The notes under the pieces: generated by a model
What the model was told of the DNA's origin: nothing
Seen by the model: only the letters and a program-made list of their open reading frames with translations
Database searches by the model: none
Assembly: GCA_035302145.1 (NCBI GenBank)
Contig: DATGSX010000159.1
Span: 8,478-72,477 of the forward strand
Source: Flavobacteriaceae bacterium
GTDB lineage: Bacteria > Bacteroidota > Bacteroidia > Flavobacteriales > Flavobacteriaceae
Direction of reading: 5' to 3'
DNA length: 64,000 nucleotides
Shown: one piece after another, positions 27,634 to 37,095 of the stretch
Layout of the letters: the number at the start of each line of letters is the position of its first letter
Position numbering within the stretch: position 1 is the stretch's first letter
Position numbers and translations under genes: made by a program

Positions 27634-28482
27634 ATGATTTTAATTGCCGATTCAGGATCTACAAAATGCGACTGGCTGCTCGCTGACTCTAAGGGGAATA
27701 TAGTACAAGAACAGAATGCACCTGGTATTAATCCAGTTATGTTTACTCCTGATGAAATTAAAGAACGAATTAGACTTGCTTCGGCGATTATACCTTATGC
27801 CGAATTGATAACACGAATTTATTTTTATGGTGCGGGATGTGGACTTTCTGCTAACCAAGAATTAGTTAGTATAGCATTGCAGAATTTCTATGATAATGCA
27901 AAAATTGAAGTGCAAAGCGATTTGGTAGCTGCTGTTCGTGCAACAGCAAAAGAACCAAGTATAGTATGCATACTAGGAACGGGATCTAACAGCTGCTATT
28001 TTGATGGAAAGAAAATTCACTTTGGATTCGATTCGCTTGGCTATAGCGTAATGGATGAGGCAAGTGGCAACTACTTTGGCAGGCAACTTCTTAGAGACTT
28101 CTTCTATAAAAGGATGCCAACGAACTTATCGAACAGATTTGCAACAGAATTTAACTTGACAACCGAACAAGTTTTGTTGCGTTTATATAAAAGTCCAATG
28201 CCAGCAAAATACTTAGCATCATTTGCTAAATTTATTTTTGAAGTAGGATATACAGATACCTATATTAAAAACCTTTTAGAAAAAGGTTTTGAGGAATTAA
28301 TAGAGTATCAATTAAAGTTATGGCCTGATTATAAAAAAATCCCAATTCATTTTATTGGTTCAATAGCTTATTTTGCAGAAGATATTTTGCGAAACACATT
28401 ATCATCAAAGAGTATACTAACCGGAAGGGTACAAAAAGCGCCTATTCAAGGATTATATAACTATCACGCAGTCAATAAGTAA
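27634..28482 (+). CDS. BadF/BadG/BcrA/BcrD-type ATPase (N-acetylglucosamine kinase-like)
   Basis: 282 aa; the MILIADSGSTKCDW and LGTGSNSC motifs fit the ASKHA fold. Confidence 0.75.
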   Translation: MILIADSGSTKCDWLLADSKGNIVQEQNAPGINPVMFTPDEIKERIRLASAIIPYAELITRIYFYGAGCGLSANQELVSIALQNFYDNAKIEVQSDLVAAVRATAKEPSIVCILGTGSNSCYFDGKKIHFGFDSLGYSVMDEASGNYFGRQLLRDFFYKRMPTNLSNRFATEFNLTTEQVLLRLYKSPMPAKYLASFAKFIFEVGYTDTYIKNLLEKGFEELIEYQLKLWPDYKKIPIHFIGSIAYFAEDILRNTLSSKSILTGRVQKAPIQGLYNYHAVNK

Positions 28483-28775
28483 ATTAATATAAAGTACAGC
28501 TTACTTATCTCTGTTGTTAAGTAAATCAAAATTTAGCTTTTAAGGTGAAATAATTCTTTAGGGAGTGGTTTTGTTGGTGTTCTTTAGTTATTTAAGAGTA
28601 TTATTGCGATTAATCTTCAGGATATTGGTAATTTGTTTGATAAGAGATATGTGTAGTTTAAGCATAAAGTGATCTATATTTCTCAAAAAGCAATAGTTTT
28701 TAATATTATTGTATACTTTTAAACACAGAAATAACAATTATTGGTTCTCAATCACAATTAAAAATAAATTATTTA

Positions 28776-31271
28776 ATGAAAAAAAATACACTCATAGCGT
28801 GTTTGGCCATCGCTTTATCTGCTTCTAGTATTTCTATTGCTCAGACACTTCAAGACAGAGAGAAAATAATACAAGGATATGATCTAGTAAAGTCTAAAAA
28901 GCTAACGCAAGAAATTAAGTCTTATACAAAAGAGAATTATGATCGTGCTATGCGATTAGCACAGCGCCATGGTTGGCCTTTGACAATAGAGTATAAAGAT
29001 GGAGGTTTTGGTGAATTAGTAGGAGTTTTAGAAGATGACTCACCATTATACTACCGAACATATAATAAAGGAGGCGTTAGTACAATACATGCTGATGCCG
29101 TTCACACTGGCGGAAGCGCCGGTTTAGATTTGAACGGTGAAAATATGATTGCCGGTGTTTGGGATGGTGGTACAGTACGTAGCTCTCATGTTCTATTCGA
29201 AGGCAGAGTGGTTAAAAAAGATAATAGCGCTGATCAAAGTCATGGTACGCATGTAGCTGGTACAATTATAGGTAGTGCAACTATAAATAATGGTAGGGCC
29301 GTTGGTGTTGCGCCTCAAGCGACAGTCTATAGCTACGACTGGAATAATGATTATGCTGAAATGATAAGTGCAGCACAAAGTGGTTTACTAGTTTCTAATC
29401 ACTCTTATGGTATAGCTACAACCGATTATTATGGAAACCCAATTCCAGCATCTTATTTCGGGAAATATGATGCTGGCTCCCAATATTTAGATAATATGCT
29501 TTATCAATTAGAATATTATTTAACAGTTTGGGCCGCAGGAAATGATAGGTCTGATTATAGCATTTTAAATCCAGGAAAAAGCGGATATGATTTATTGACT
29601 AGAGAAGGTAATTCAAAAAATAACCTAGTTGTTGGTTCTATTCGTCAAATAGATAATTATACAAATCCAAGCCAGGTTAGGATTTCATCATTTTCAAATT
29701 ATGGTCCCACGGACGATGGTAGAATTAAGCCAGATATTACAGCGAAGGGTGATGAGGTGTATTCTGCTACCGCAATTTCAGACTGGTCTTATGGAACTAT
29801 GTATGGTACATCTATGGCAGCACCTTCTGCTGCTGGTGGTCTGGTGTTGATGCAACAGCATGCAAATGAAACGTATGGTGATTACTTACGAAGTGCTACA
29901 TTACGTGCTCTAGTGGCACATACTGCTTTAAAAGCTGGTTCGGAAGGTAGTCCAAATTACCGATTTGGTTGGGGAGTAATGAATGTTGAAGGAGCAACAA
30001 ATATAATCACTAATGACGGAGACAGTACATTACTTAAGGAAATGAAATTAATAGATGGTCAAAACTACTTAAGGAGTTTAGAGGCATCTGAAGTGGAAGA
30101 TCTTATTGCTACAATAGCATGGACAGATTTACCTGGTGAAACAAGTCAAGGTACGGATGATAGAACACCAGTGTTGGTAAACGACTTAGATATTCGGTTA
30201 ATTGAAATAGAAGGAGATACCTATTATCCATATGTTTTAGATCCTAATAACCCAAGTGCTTCAGCAACTACTGGGGATAATTTTAGAGATAATATAGAGA
30301 AGATAGAGGTTTCTAATCCTGAAGGGGAATATAACTTATCGATCTCGCATAAGGGAATTTTAGAAGAAGGTGAGCAAAAACTTAGTCTGATTATGAGCGG
30401 AATCACAAATAAACCTTTAGTCTTAGAAACATATGATAATAATAAATATATATGTGTTAATTCTGTTGATGAGAACGCTATAGAACTGTTGGTATCTTCT
30501 GAATATAATATTGAAAATACAGTTTTAACAGTACAAGATGCACCACAAGGAGTTACTGTAATCATAGATGATTCCGACTTAGGAAATGGTATTGTAACAT
30601 TGAATATTAGTGGATTGTTGAACTTAAATAGCGATACCTATGTTTTTAAAATTAAAGCTGTAAATGGTGCAGATGAAGCTCATTTATATCCTGTAATCAA
30701 TATAGCAAATGATTTATTTGAACCTGTAGAACTGGTAAGTCCAGAAAACGGGGAAGATATGCTCAGAAACTTTGCTAGATTAGTTTGGAATCCTGTAAAC
30801 GATGCTAGAGTGATTTCATATACTGTCGAAATAGCTACAGATGAAGATTTTGTAAATATTCTTGATGTGATAGAAGATATTGAAGGTGATTACCATTTAT
30901 ATAGGGGTGTAAACAATCAGGGAATTGCCCATGATACAGATTACTATTGGAGAGTTAAAGCAATTGGGGAATGTGGAGAAGGAGAATATAGTGATACTTA
31001 TGTTTTCCACACATACGACCTATCAGTAGAGGATTTTAAAACTACAGATTTTGTGGTACATCCAAATCCAGCAACCAATCAGGTTACTATAAGTAGTCCT
31101 ACGCTAATTAAGGAAGTTAAAGTAATGAACGTTCTAGGACAAGAGGTTATGGTTTTAAATCCAAATACAGATCAAACTCTAATAGATATTAGTGTTTTAC
31201 CTTCAGGAAATTACTTGTTACAAATTTCTGACGATACAACTACTCAAGTTAAAAGATTAATAAAGAGATAG
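28776..31271 (+). CDS. S8 family serine peptidase with T9SS C-terminal sorting domain
   Basis: 831 aa. Signal peptide; D/H/S triad motifs (VWDGG, HGTHVAGTI, GTSMAAPSAAG). The C-terminal ~75 aa (VHPNPATNQVTI...GNYLLQI...VKRLIKR) resembles a type A T9SS C-terminal domain. Confidence 0.88.
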   Translation: MKKNTLIACLAIALSASSISIAQTLQDREKIIQGYDLVKSKKLTQEIKSYTKENYDRAMRLAQRHGWPLTIEYKDGGFGELVGVLEDDSPLYYRTYNKGGVSTIHADAVHTGGSAGLDLNGENMIAGVWDGGTVRSSHVLFEGRVVKKDNSADQSHGTHVAGTIIGSATINNGRAVGVAPQATVYSYDWNNDYAEMISAAQSGLLVSNHSYGIATTDYYGNPIPASYFGKYDAGSQYLDNMLYQLEYYLTVWAAGNDRSDYSILNPGKSGYDLLTREGNSKNNLVVGSIRQIDNYTNPSQVRISSFSNYGPTDDGRIKPDITAKGDEVYSATAISDWSYGTMYGTSMAAPSAAGGLVLMQQHANETYGDYLRSATLRALVAHTALKAGSEGSPNYRFGWGVMNVEGATNIITNDGDSTLLKEMKLIDGQNYLRSLEASEVEDLIATIAWTDLPGETSQGTDDRTPVLVNDLDIRLIEIEGDTYYPYVLDPNNPSASATTGDNFRDNIEKIEVSNPEGEYNLSISHKGILEEGEQKLSLIMSGITNKPLVLETYDNNKYICVNSVDENAIELLVSSEYNIENTVLTVQDAPQGVTVIIDDSDLGNGIVTLNISGLLNLNSDTYVFKIKAVNGADEAHLYPVINIANDLFEPVELVSPENGEDMLRNFARLVWNPVNDARVISYTVEIATDEDFVNILDVIEDIEGDYHLYRGVNNQGIAHDTDYYWRVKAIGECGEGEYSDTYVFHTYDLSVEDFKTTDFVVHPNPATNQVTISSPTLIKEVKVMNVLGQEVMVLNPNTDQTLIDISVLPSGNYLLQISDDTTTQVKRLIKR

Positions 31272-31295
31272 TTTAGTATTTAACATATATTTTAT

Positions 31296-31329
31296 AAAGC
31301 TCCTGTTAATTATAGCAGGAGCTTTTTTA
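31296..31329 (+). terminator. Intrinsic terminator after the S8 peptidase gene
   Basis: aaagctcctg-N10-caggagcttt, followed by ttt. Confidence 0.8.
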
Positions 31330-31370
31330 TTTAGTATATTTAAGGAGATTTCTATAAAGTTTTATTAATA

Positions 31371-32909
31371 ATGGTAACTAAGGTATATGGAAGTGCTGTT
31401 TATGGCGTCGATGCTATAACTATTACTATAGAGGTTCATGTAAATAGAGGAATTGGTTATCACTTGGTAGGATTACCAGATAACGCAATAAAAGAAAGTA
31501 ACTATAGGATTGCTGCCGCATTGCAGAATAATGGATACAAGATTCCGGGAAAGAAGATTACATTAAATATGGCTCCTGCCGATATGCGTAAAGAAGGATC
31601 TGCATATGACTTACCCCTGGCTATGGGAATATTAATTGCTACGGAACAAATCTATTGTCAGAAAAACATTGAAGAATATATTATTATGGGAGAACTTTCT
31701 CTCGATGGGACATTGCAGCCAATAATTGGTGCTCTTCCAATAACCTTACAAGCCAAAGTGGAAAACTTTAAGGGGATTATTTTACCAAAACAGAACGCTA
31801 TGGAAGCTGCTATAGTAGAAGGTATGGAGGTTTATGGTGTAGAAAATATTATGGAAGTAATAGACTTCTTTGTGAAACAAAAACCCTTAGAACAAACCAA
31901 AGTTGATATTAAAGCTGATTTAGCCGAAAATACTATATTTAAGCATGACTTCGAGGACATAAAAGGCCAAGAATCTATAAAACGATGTATGGAAATCGCT
32001 GCTGCTGGTGGACATAATATAGTTCTTATCGGACCACCAGGTTCTGGAAAAACCATGATAGCAAAACGTCTTCCAACTATTTTACCACCGATGACAATAG
32101 CAGAAACTCTAGAAACAACAAAAATTCATAGTGTTGCTGGTAGAACTTTAGGTCATAACGGTATTGTTCAAGAACGTCCTTTTCGAAGTCCACATCACAC
32201 CATCAGCGATGTTGCCCTTGTTGGTGGAGGTAGTTATCCTAAACCAGGTGAAATTTCATTGGCACATAATGGCGTGTTATTTTTAGATGAATTACCTGAG
32301 TTTAAAAGAAGTGTATTGGAGGTTATGCGTCAACCTTTAGAAGATAGAGAAGTGACCATTTCTAGGGCTAGATTTACCGTAAACTATCCTGCAAGTTTTA
32401 TGCTTGTCGCTAGTATGAATCCAAGTCCAAGTGGATATTTTAATGATGGTAGCTCTTCCTTTACTTCAACACCTGCCGAAATGCAACGTTATTTAGGTAA
32501 AATATCGGGGCCATTACTAGACCGTATCGATATGCACGTAGAAGTTACTCCTGTTAAATTCGAAGAATTAAGCGATTCACGTAAAGGGGAGCCTAGTGCA
32601 AAAATTAGAGCAAGAGTCGTGAAAGCACGGAATATACAATCGGATCGATTTAAAGATTATAAGGATATACATTACAATGCGCAAATGGGGGTTAGACAGA
32701 TTAGAAAATATTGTCAGTTAGACGATGCCTCTAGTAAAATACTAGAAATTGCTATGAAAAAATTAAATCTTTCGGCAAGGGCATATGATAGAATTTTGAA
32801 AGTGAGTAGAACAATAGCCGATTTAGAAAACACTAAAGAAATTAACACCATCCATATTTCCGAGGCAATTCAGTATAGAAGCTTAGATAGAGAAGGATGG
32901 ATAGGCTAG
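31371..32909 (+). CDS. YifB/ComM family Mg-chelatase-like AAA+ ATPase
   Basis: 512 aa. Lon-like N-terminal domain, Walker A GPPGSGKTM, Walker B FLDELPEF. Confidence 0.9.
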   Translation: MVTKVYGSAVYGVDAITITIEVHVNRGIGYHLVGLPDNAIKESNYRIAAALQNNGYKIPGKKITLNMAPADMRKEGSAYDLPLAMGILIATEQIYCQKNIEEYIIMGELSLDGTLQPIIGALPITLQAKVENFKGIILPKQNAMEAAIVEGMEVYGVENIMEVIDFFVKQKPLEQTKVDIKADLAENTIFKHDFEDIKGQESIKRCMEIAAAGGHNIVLIGPPGSGKTMIAKRLPTILPPMTIAETLETTKIHSVAGRTLGHNGIVQERPFRSPHHTISDVALVGGGSYPKPGEISLAHNGVLFLDELPEFKRSVLEVMRQPLEDREVTISRARFTVNYPASFMLVASMNPSPSGYFNDGSSSFTSTPAEMQRYLGKISGPLLDRIDMHVEVTPVKFEELSDSRKGEPSAKIRARVVKARNIQSDRFKDYKDIHYNAQMGVRQIRKYCQLDDASSKILEIAMKKLNLSARAYDRILKVSRTIADLENTKEINTIHISEAIQYRSLDREGWIG

Positions 32910-33002
32910 TACAGAAAATAACATTTATTAATTTGACAAGTATTTATCGACAATATTTATTTTTTACAATTATGAGGTAATTATTAAAAACAATAGTCAT
33001 TT

Positions 33003-33383
33003 ATGAAAGAAGAAATACCAGGATTAATTGAGTACACTGAGGCAAAAGCTCTTCATGCAAAATGGTTGGATACAAGAGGTGAGATTATAGCAAATGCTCT
33101 TGGTCATGAAGAGTCTTACGAAATAAATTTTTCGGCAAACGATTTGTTGAAATACTTAGAATATGTAATAGAATCATCTAAGGAGCAAGGAATAGATGAG
33201 CCGGGGATTCGTATTTTATTTGGAACATACGATGAAGATAAAAATCCATCACTAGAAAAGCTTAGAACCAAAGCAACAGTTGTCTTAGTTCCAACTGTTG
33301 AAAGTAGTGCTGATAGTAGTTGTAATAAAACTATAAACGCTCTAAATCGTGCTCATACTGGTTGGCCACCAATCGGACTTTAA
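33003..33383 (+). CDS. Hypothetical protein (no family recognised)
   Basis: 126-aa ORF, acidic, with no signal peptide or TM helix. Lies 6 nt upstream of the next gene on the same strand. Confidence 0.55.
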   Translation: MKEEIPGLIEYTEAKALHAKWLDTRGEIIANALGHEESYEINFSANDLLKYLEYVIESSKEQGIDEPGIRILFGTYDEDKNPSLEKLRTKATVVLVPTVESSADSSCNKTINALNRAHTGWPPIGL

Positions 33384-33389
33384 TATAGT

Positions 33390-34106
33390 ATGTGGATAAT
33401 TGATTATTTAAAATCGGTTGGGCTTATCTTTTCATTAGAGATTATTACGGTAATAACAGGGTTATACTTTTTATTTACTCGTAAAGTGTCTAAGACGATT
33501 AAACTATATATATATTTAATTTCTGCTACATTACTTGTAGAAATCTTAGCTTTATATACGGCCGTAGCATATTTTAGTGATTATAAATACTTCTCCATCG
33601 TTGAAGGCACTCGTTTTGCAGCTAACTTTTGGATGTATAATATCTTTGAGATAGTTACTATTGTTTTTCTGCTATATTATTTCGGCCGCCTATTAACGTC
33701 TAAAGGATATAAGAAACTATTATTGGGATTTGGGAGCGTTTTCGTACTCAGCAGTATAATAGTTTTTATTATTAATGATGATGCTTTTTTTAGTCAAGTG
33801 TCAGCATTCGTTACTATTACAGGAGCGTTTTTATTATTAATTAGTATTGGTTTCTATTTGGTAGAATTATTACAAGGAAAAATAATATTAAAAGGACAAA
33901 ACAGGTTTCCGCTATTTGTCGCAGTCGGTGTTGGTATATCTTATTTAGCAAGTTTACCATTCTTAATTTATAGCAATAATTATCACTCCTCTGGAGATCA
34001 GGATTTTATAGATTTGTATATAAGAGGGCTGCAAATAATCAATATTATTGTTTATCTAATATTAATAAATGGCTTTTTTATATGTCTGTCCAAGAAAAAC
34101 AGCTGA
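33390..34106 (+). CDS. Polytopic membrane protein (6-7 predicted TM helices), possible sensor module
   Basis: 238 aa with hydrophobic segments throughout. Overlaps the kinase gene by 25 nt in a different frame. Confidence 0.65.
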   Translation: MWIIDYLKSVGLIFSLEIITVITGLYFLFTRKVSKTIKLYIYLISATLLVEILALYTAVAYFSDYKYFSIVEGTRFAANFWMYNIFEIVTIVFLLYYFGRLLTSKGYKKLLLGFGSVFVLSSIIVFIINDDAFFSQVSAFVTITGAFLLLISIGFYLVELLQGKIILKGQNRFPLFVAVGVGISYLASLPFLIYSNNYHSSGDQDFIDLYIRGLQIINIIVYLILINGFFICLSKKNS

Positions 34107-34867
34107 TTATATACATCTCTATTTTTGGGGTGGCATTAGTAATTCTAATTAGCTTATTATTTTATATTTTTTATACATCAAGAAAAAAAATATTATTAGA
34201 AAAGTTTGAGGCAAAACGTCGATATCAAGAACAACTAAATAACATTACACTTGAAATTCAGGACCAAACCCTTAAAAATGTTGGAAGAGAGTTACATGAC
34301 AATCTAGGACAAAAATTGACACTAGCTAATTTGCAGTTAGGAACAATGAAGGTCAATGACATGATACTTGCTGAACAGAAAAAATCGCTTGCTGAGATCC
34401 TACAAGAGTCTATTATAGATTTACGCAGTTTATCGAAAACTTTAAACTCCGATATTGTGACTAATAACGGATTACTGTATTCTATTGAACAGGAAGTGTC
34501 TCGGTTAAATAGACTGAACTATATTAATGTAAATTTAAACGTTATAGGCACCCCATACCGTCTTACTAAAGAGAAGGAGCTGGTAATGTTTAGAATATTT
34601 CAAGAATCTATAAACAACACCTTAAAACATGCTGGTGCAACTTCTCTTTTTATAGAACTTGGCTTTGCTAAAAAACAAATCCATATGAAATTAACAGATG
34701 ATGGAGAAGGATTTGATGTTGAGGGTAACTTTAATAGTGCTGGTATGAAAAGCATGAAAAGTAGAGCAGCACTTATTCAGGCAGAGTTGAACATTAAAAG
34801 TAGTGCAAAGGGTACAAAAATTAAGGTGGTTTTAGATAATTTAAACGACAGAAATTATGAAGAATAA
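34082..34867 (+). CDS. Sensor histidine kinase, HisKA_3 (NarX/DegS-type) with one N-terminal TM helix
   Basis: H-box GRELHDNLGQKL, N-box ESINNTLKHA, G-box DDGEGF. Confidence 0.88.
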   Translation: MSVQEKQLIIYISIFGVALVILISLLFYIFYTSRKKILLEKFEAKRRYQEQLNNITLEIQDQTLKNVGRELHDNLGQKLTLANLQLGTMKVNDMILAEQKKSLAEILQESIIDLRSLSKTLNSDIVTNNGLLYSIEQEVSRLNRLNYINVNLNVIGTPYRLTKEKELVMFRIFQESINNTLKHAGATSLFIELGFAKKQIHMKLTDDGEGFDVEGNFNSAGMKSMKSRAALIQAELNIKSSAKGTKIKVVLDNLNDRNYEE

Positions 34868-35513
34868 GGTAGTGGTAGTAGACGATCACATTTTAATTTC
34901 TGAGATTCTTGCTGATTATATTAACTCTAGCGATAGCTACAAAGTTTTATTCACGGCAACAAACGGAAAAGAATTACTGCACGAGCTAGCCAACAGAGAA
35001 GAACAACCAACTATTATTCTTTTAGATATTCATATGCCTATAATGAACGGCTTCCAAAGTATGCTAAAGCTAAAAGAACTTTATCCAAATATAAAGGTGG
35101 TTGTTTTAACTATGGAGGATGAGGAATCTAGTATTATTCAATTTCTAAATTTAGGGGCTAAAGGCTACCTTTTAAAAGGAATGTCTTCGCCAGATATAAT
35201 TATTGACTGTTTTGATGAGGTAATGAAGCATGGTTTTTATTATCCAAAATATATTACTCCAGAAATGATTCACGCAGGCAAGAAAGAAGATATAAGCACT
35301 AAATGGAATCTTACCGATAGAGAATTTGAGTTTTTAAAACTAGCTACCCAAACTGCAATGACCTATCAGGAAATTGCAGATAAAATGTTTTTAAGTATCA
35401 AAACGATCGAGAATTACCAAAGAGGATTGTTTAAAAAGTTTGGAGTAAAAAATAGACCTGCATTAATGTTATTTGAACAAGAACACAATATAATTGGCTA
35501 TAGGAAACATTAA
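34857..35513 (+). CDS. NarL/LuxR family response regulator
   Basis: Receiver domain (VVVVDDH...ILLDIHMP...) plus a C-terminal LuxR HTH (LTDREFEFLKLATQTAMTYQEIADKMFLSIKTIENY). Confidence 0.9.
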   Translation: MKNKVVVVDDHILISEILADYINSSDSYKVLFTATNGKELLHELANREEQPTIILLDIHMPIMNGFQSMLKLKELYPNIKVVVLTMEDEESSIIQFLNLGAKGYLLKGMSSPDIIIDCFDEVMKHGFYYPKYITPEMIHAGKKEDISTKWNLTDREFEFLKLATQTAMTYQEIADKMFLSIKTIENYQRGLFKKFGVKNRPALMLFEQEHNIIGYRKH

Positions 35514-36193
35514 ATACATGTGTTCCATAAGGCATCAACTGGTGGTGGTGCAACTAATTTTAGTTCTTTTTTAGATACAGGATGAGTAAAATAAAGTGCA
35601 CGGGCATGCAAGTGAATACTACCATCAGGATTGTTTTGGGCAGCTCCATACTTTAAGTCCCCTTTGATAGTGGAGCCTATTTTAGCTAGTTGTGAGCGTA
35701 TTTGATGATGTCTACCAGTTTCTAAATTCACCTCCAATAAATGGTATTCACCTAGCTCTTTGATTACCTGGTAATGTAATATTCCGAGTTTGCTACCTTT
35801 TACTTCTTTGTCATGAGAATAGGATTTATTCTGTCTTCTATTACGTAATAAGTAATGTTCTAGTGTTCCTCTGGTGTTTTTTGGGGCATTTTGCACAACC
35901 GCCCAATATATTTTTGTGATATCTCTAGAAGCAAACAATTTATTTAACCTCGAAAGTGCTTTCGAGGTTTTTGCAAAAACAACAACTCCACTTGTAGGTC
36001 GATCCAATCGATGTGGAATTCCTAAATAAACATTACCAGGTTTATTGTACTTTTTTTTAATGTAAGCTTTGGCCTTTTCGGATAGTGGTATATCACCAGT
36101 TCTATCGCCTTGTATTAAATCGCCCGAACGCTTATTTACAACCAATAAATGGTTGTCTTCGTAAATTATTTGAATCGATTTAGATTCTGTCAA
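35510..36193 (-). CDS. RluA family pseudouridine synthase
   Basis: Catalytic HRLDRPTSG motif; 227 aa. Confidence 0.9.
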   Translation of the reverse strand: MTESKSIQIIYEDNHLLVVNKRSGDLIQGDRTGDIPLSEKAKAYIKKKYNKPGNVYLGIPHRLDRPTSGVVVFAKTSKALSRLNKLFASRDITKIYWAVVQNAPKNTRGTLEHYLLRNRRQNKSYSHDKEVKGSKLGILHYQVIKELGEYHLLEVNLETGRHHQIRSQLAKIGSTIKGDLKYGAAQNNPDGSIHLHARALYFTHPVSKKELKLVAPPPVDALWNTCI

Positions 36194-36216
36194 AATAAAG
36201 ATTCCTTACTTTAAAT

Positions 36217-37035
36217 TTAGTACTGTTCTTCCTCATTTGGAAAATCTCCACTTTTAACATCGGCAATATATTGAGTGAATGCGGTAGTCATTTCTGAGTA
36301 TAAATCTAAATACCTGCGTAAAAATCGAGGGTTAAACTCATGCGTCATTCCTAACATATCGTGCATTACCAATACTTGTCCGTCTACATCGTTTCCAGCA
36401 CCAATTCCAATTACAGGGATAGACACGCTTTCTGCTACTTTTTTCGCTAGTGTTGCAGGTATTTTTTCTAAAACTATAGCAAAGCACCCAAGCTTTTCTA
36501 ACATTTTAGCATCTTTTAAAAGTTTATTTGCCTCTTCTTCTTCTTTTGCTCGAACAACGTAGGTACCAAACTTATAGATAGATTGCGGCGTTAGTCCTAA
36601 ATGTCCCATTACTGGAATTCCTGCTTTTAGAATTCGACTAATAGAACGCTTTATTTCCTCTCCACCTTCTAGTTTAACGGCATGAGCACCACTTTCTTTC
36701 ATTATTCGAATCGATGAACGAAGGGCTTCTTTAGGATCGCTTTGGTAGGTTCCGAATGGTAAATCAACTACAACCAAACTTCGCTCTACTGCACGTACTA
36801 CCGATGCAGCGTGGTAAATCATTTGATCTAGAGTAATTGGAAGTGTAGTTTCGTATCCAGCCATTACATTCGATGCAGAGTCTCCAACCAGAATAGCATC
36901 TATTCCAGAAGCATCTAAGATTTTGGCCATGGTGTAATCGTATGCTGTTAACATAGATATACGTTCACCTTTGGCTTTCATATCTACCAAAGTTTTGGTA
37001 GTAATTCGCTTATAATCGTTCTTTGCTATTGACAT
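36217..37035 (-). CDS. panB: 3-methyl-2-oxobutanoate hydroxymethyltransferase
   Basis: 272 aa; LTAYDY, VGDS and KLEGG motifs. Confidence 0.93.
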   Translation of the reverse strand: MSIAKNDYKRITTKTLVDMKAKGERISMLTAYDYTMAKILDASGIDAILVGDSASNVMAGYETTLPITLDQMIYHAASVVRAVERSLVVVDLPFGTYQSDPKEALRSSIRIMKESGAHAVKLEGGEEIKRSISRILKAGIPVMGHLGLTPQSIYKFGTYVVRAKEEEEANKLLKDAKMLEKLGCFAIVLEKIPATLAKKVAESVSIPVIGIGAGNDVDGQVLVMHDMLGMTHEFNPRFLRRYLDLYSEMTTAFTQYIADVKSGDFPNEEEQY

Positions 37036-37095
37036 CGTCTTTTAAATTAAGTTAATACGTTTGTATTTAATTTTTATAATAGTGGATAAAATAAG

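Noticed and set aside
32933-32959. TTGACA-N15-TATTTA upstream of the 33003 gene, as a sigma-70-type promoter.
   Set aside because: The spacer is too short for an E. coli-type promoter, and Bacteroidota housekeeping promoters use a different -33/-7 consensus. Such hexamers are common in AT-rich intergenic DNA.
33391-33399. Perfect DnaA-box 9-mers, TGTGGATAA at 33391-33399 and TTATCCACA at 61492-61500, considered because dnaN is in the window.
   Set aside because: They are isolated single boxes inside coding sequences, tens of kb apart. The dnaN upstream region (41957-42087) has no box cluster or AT-rich unwinding element, and no dnaA gene is present. There is no support for oriC here.
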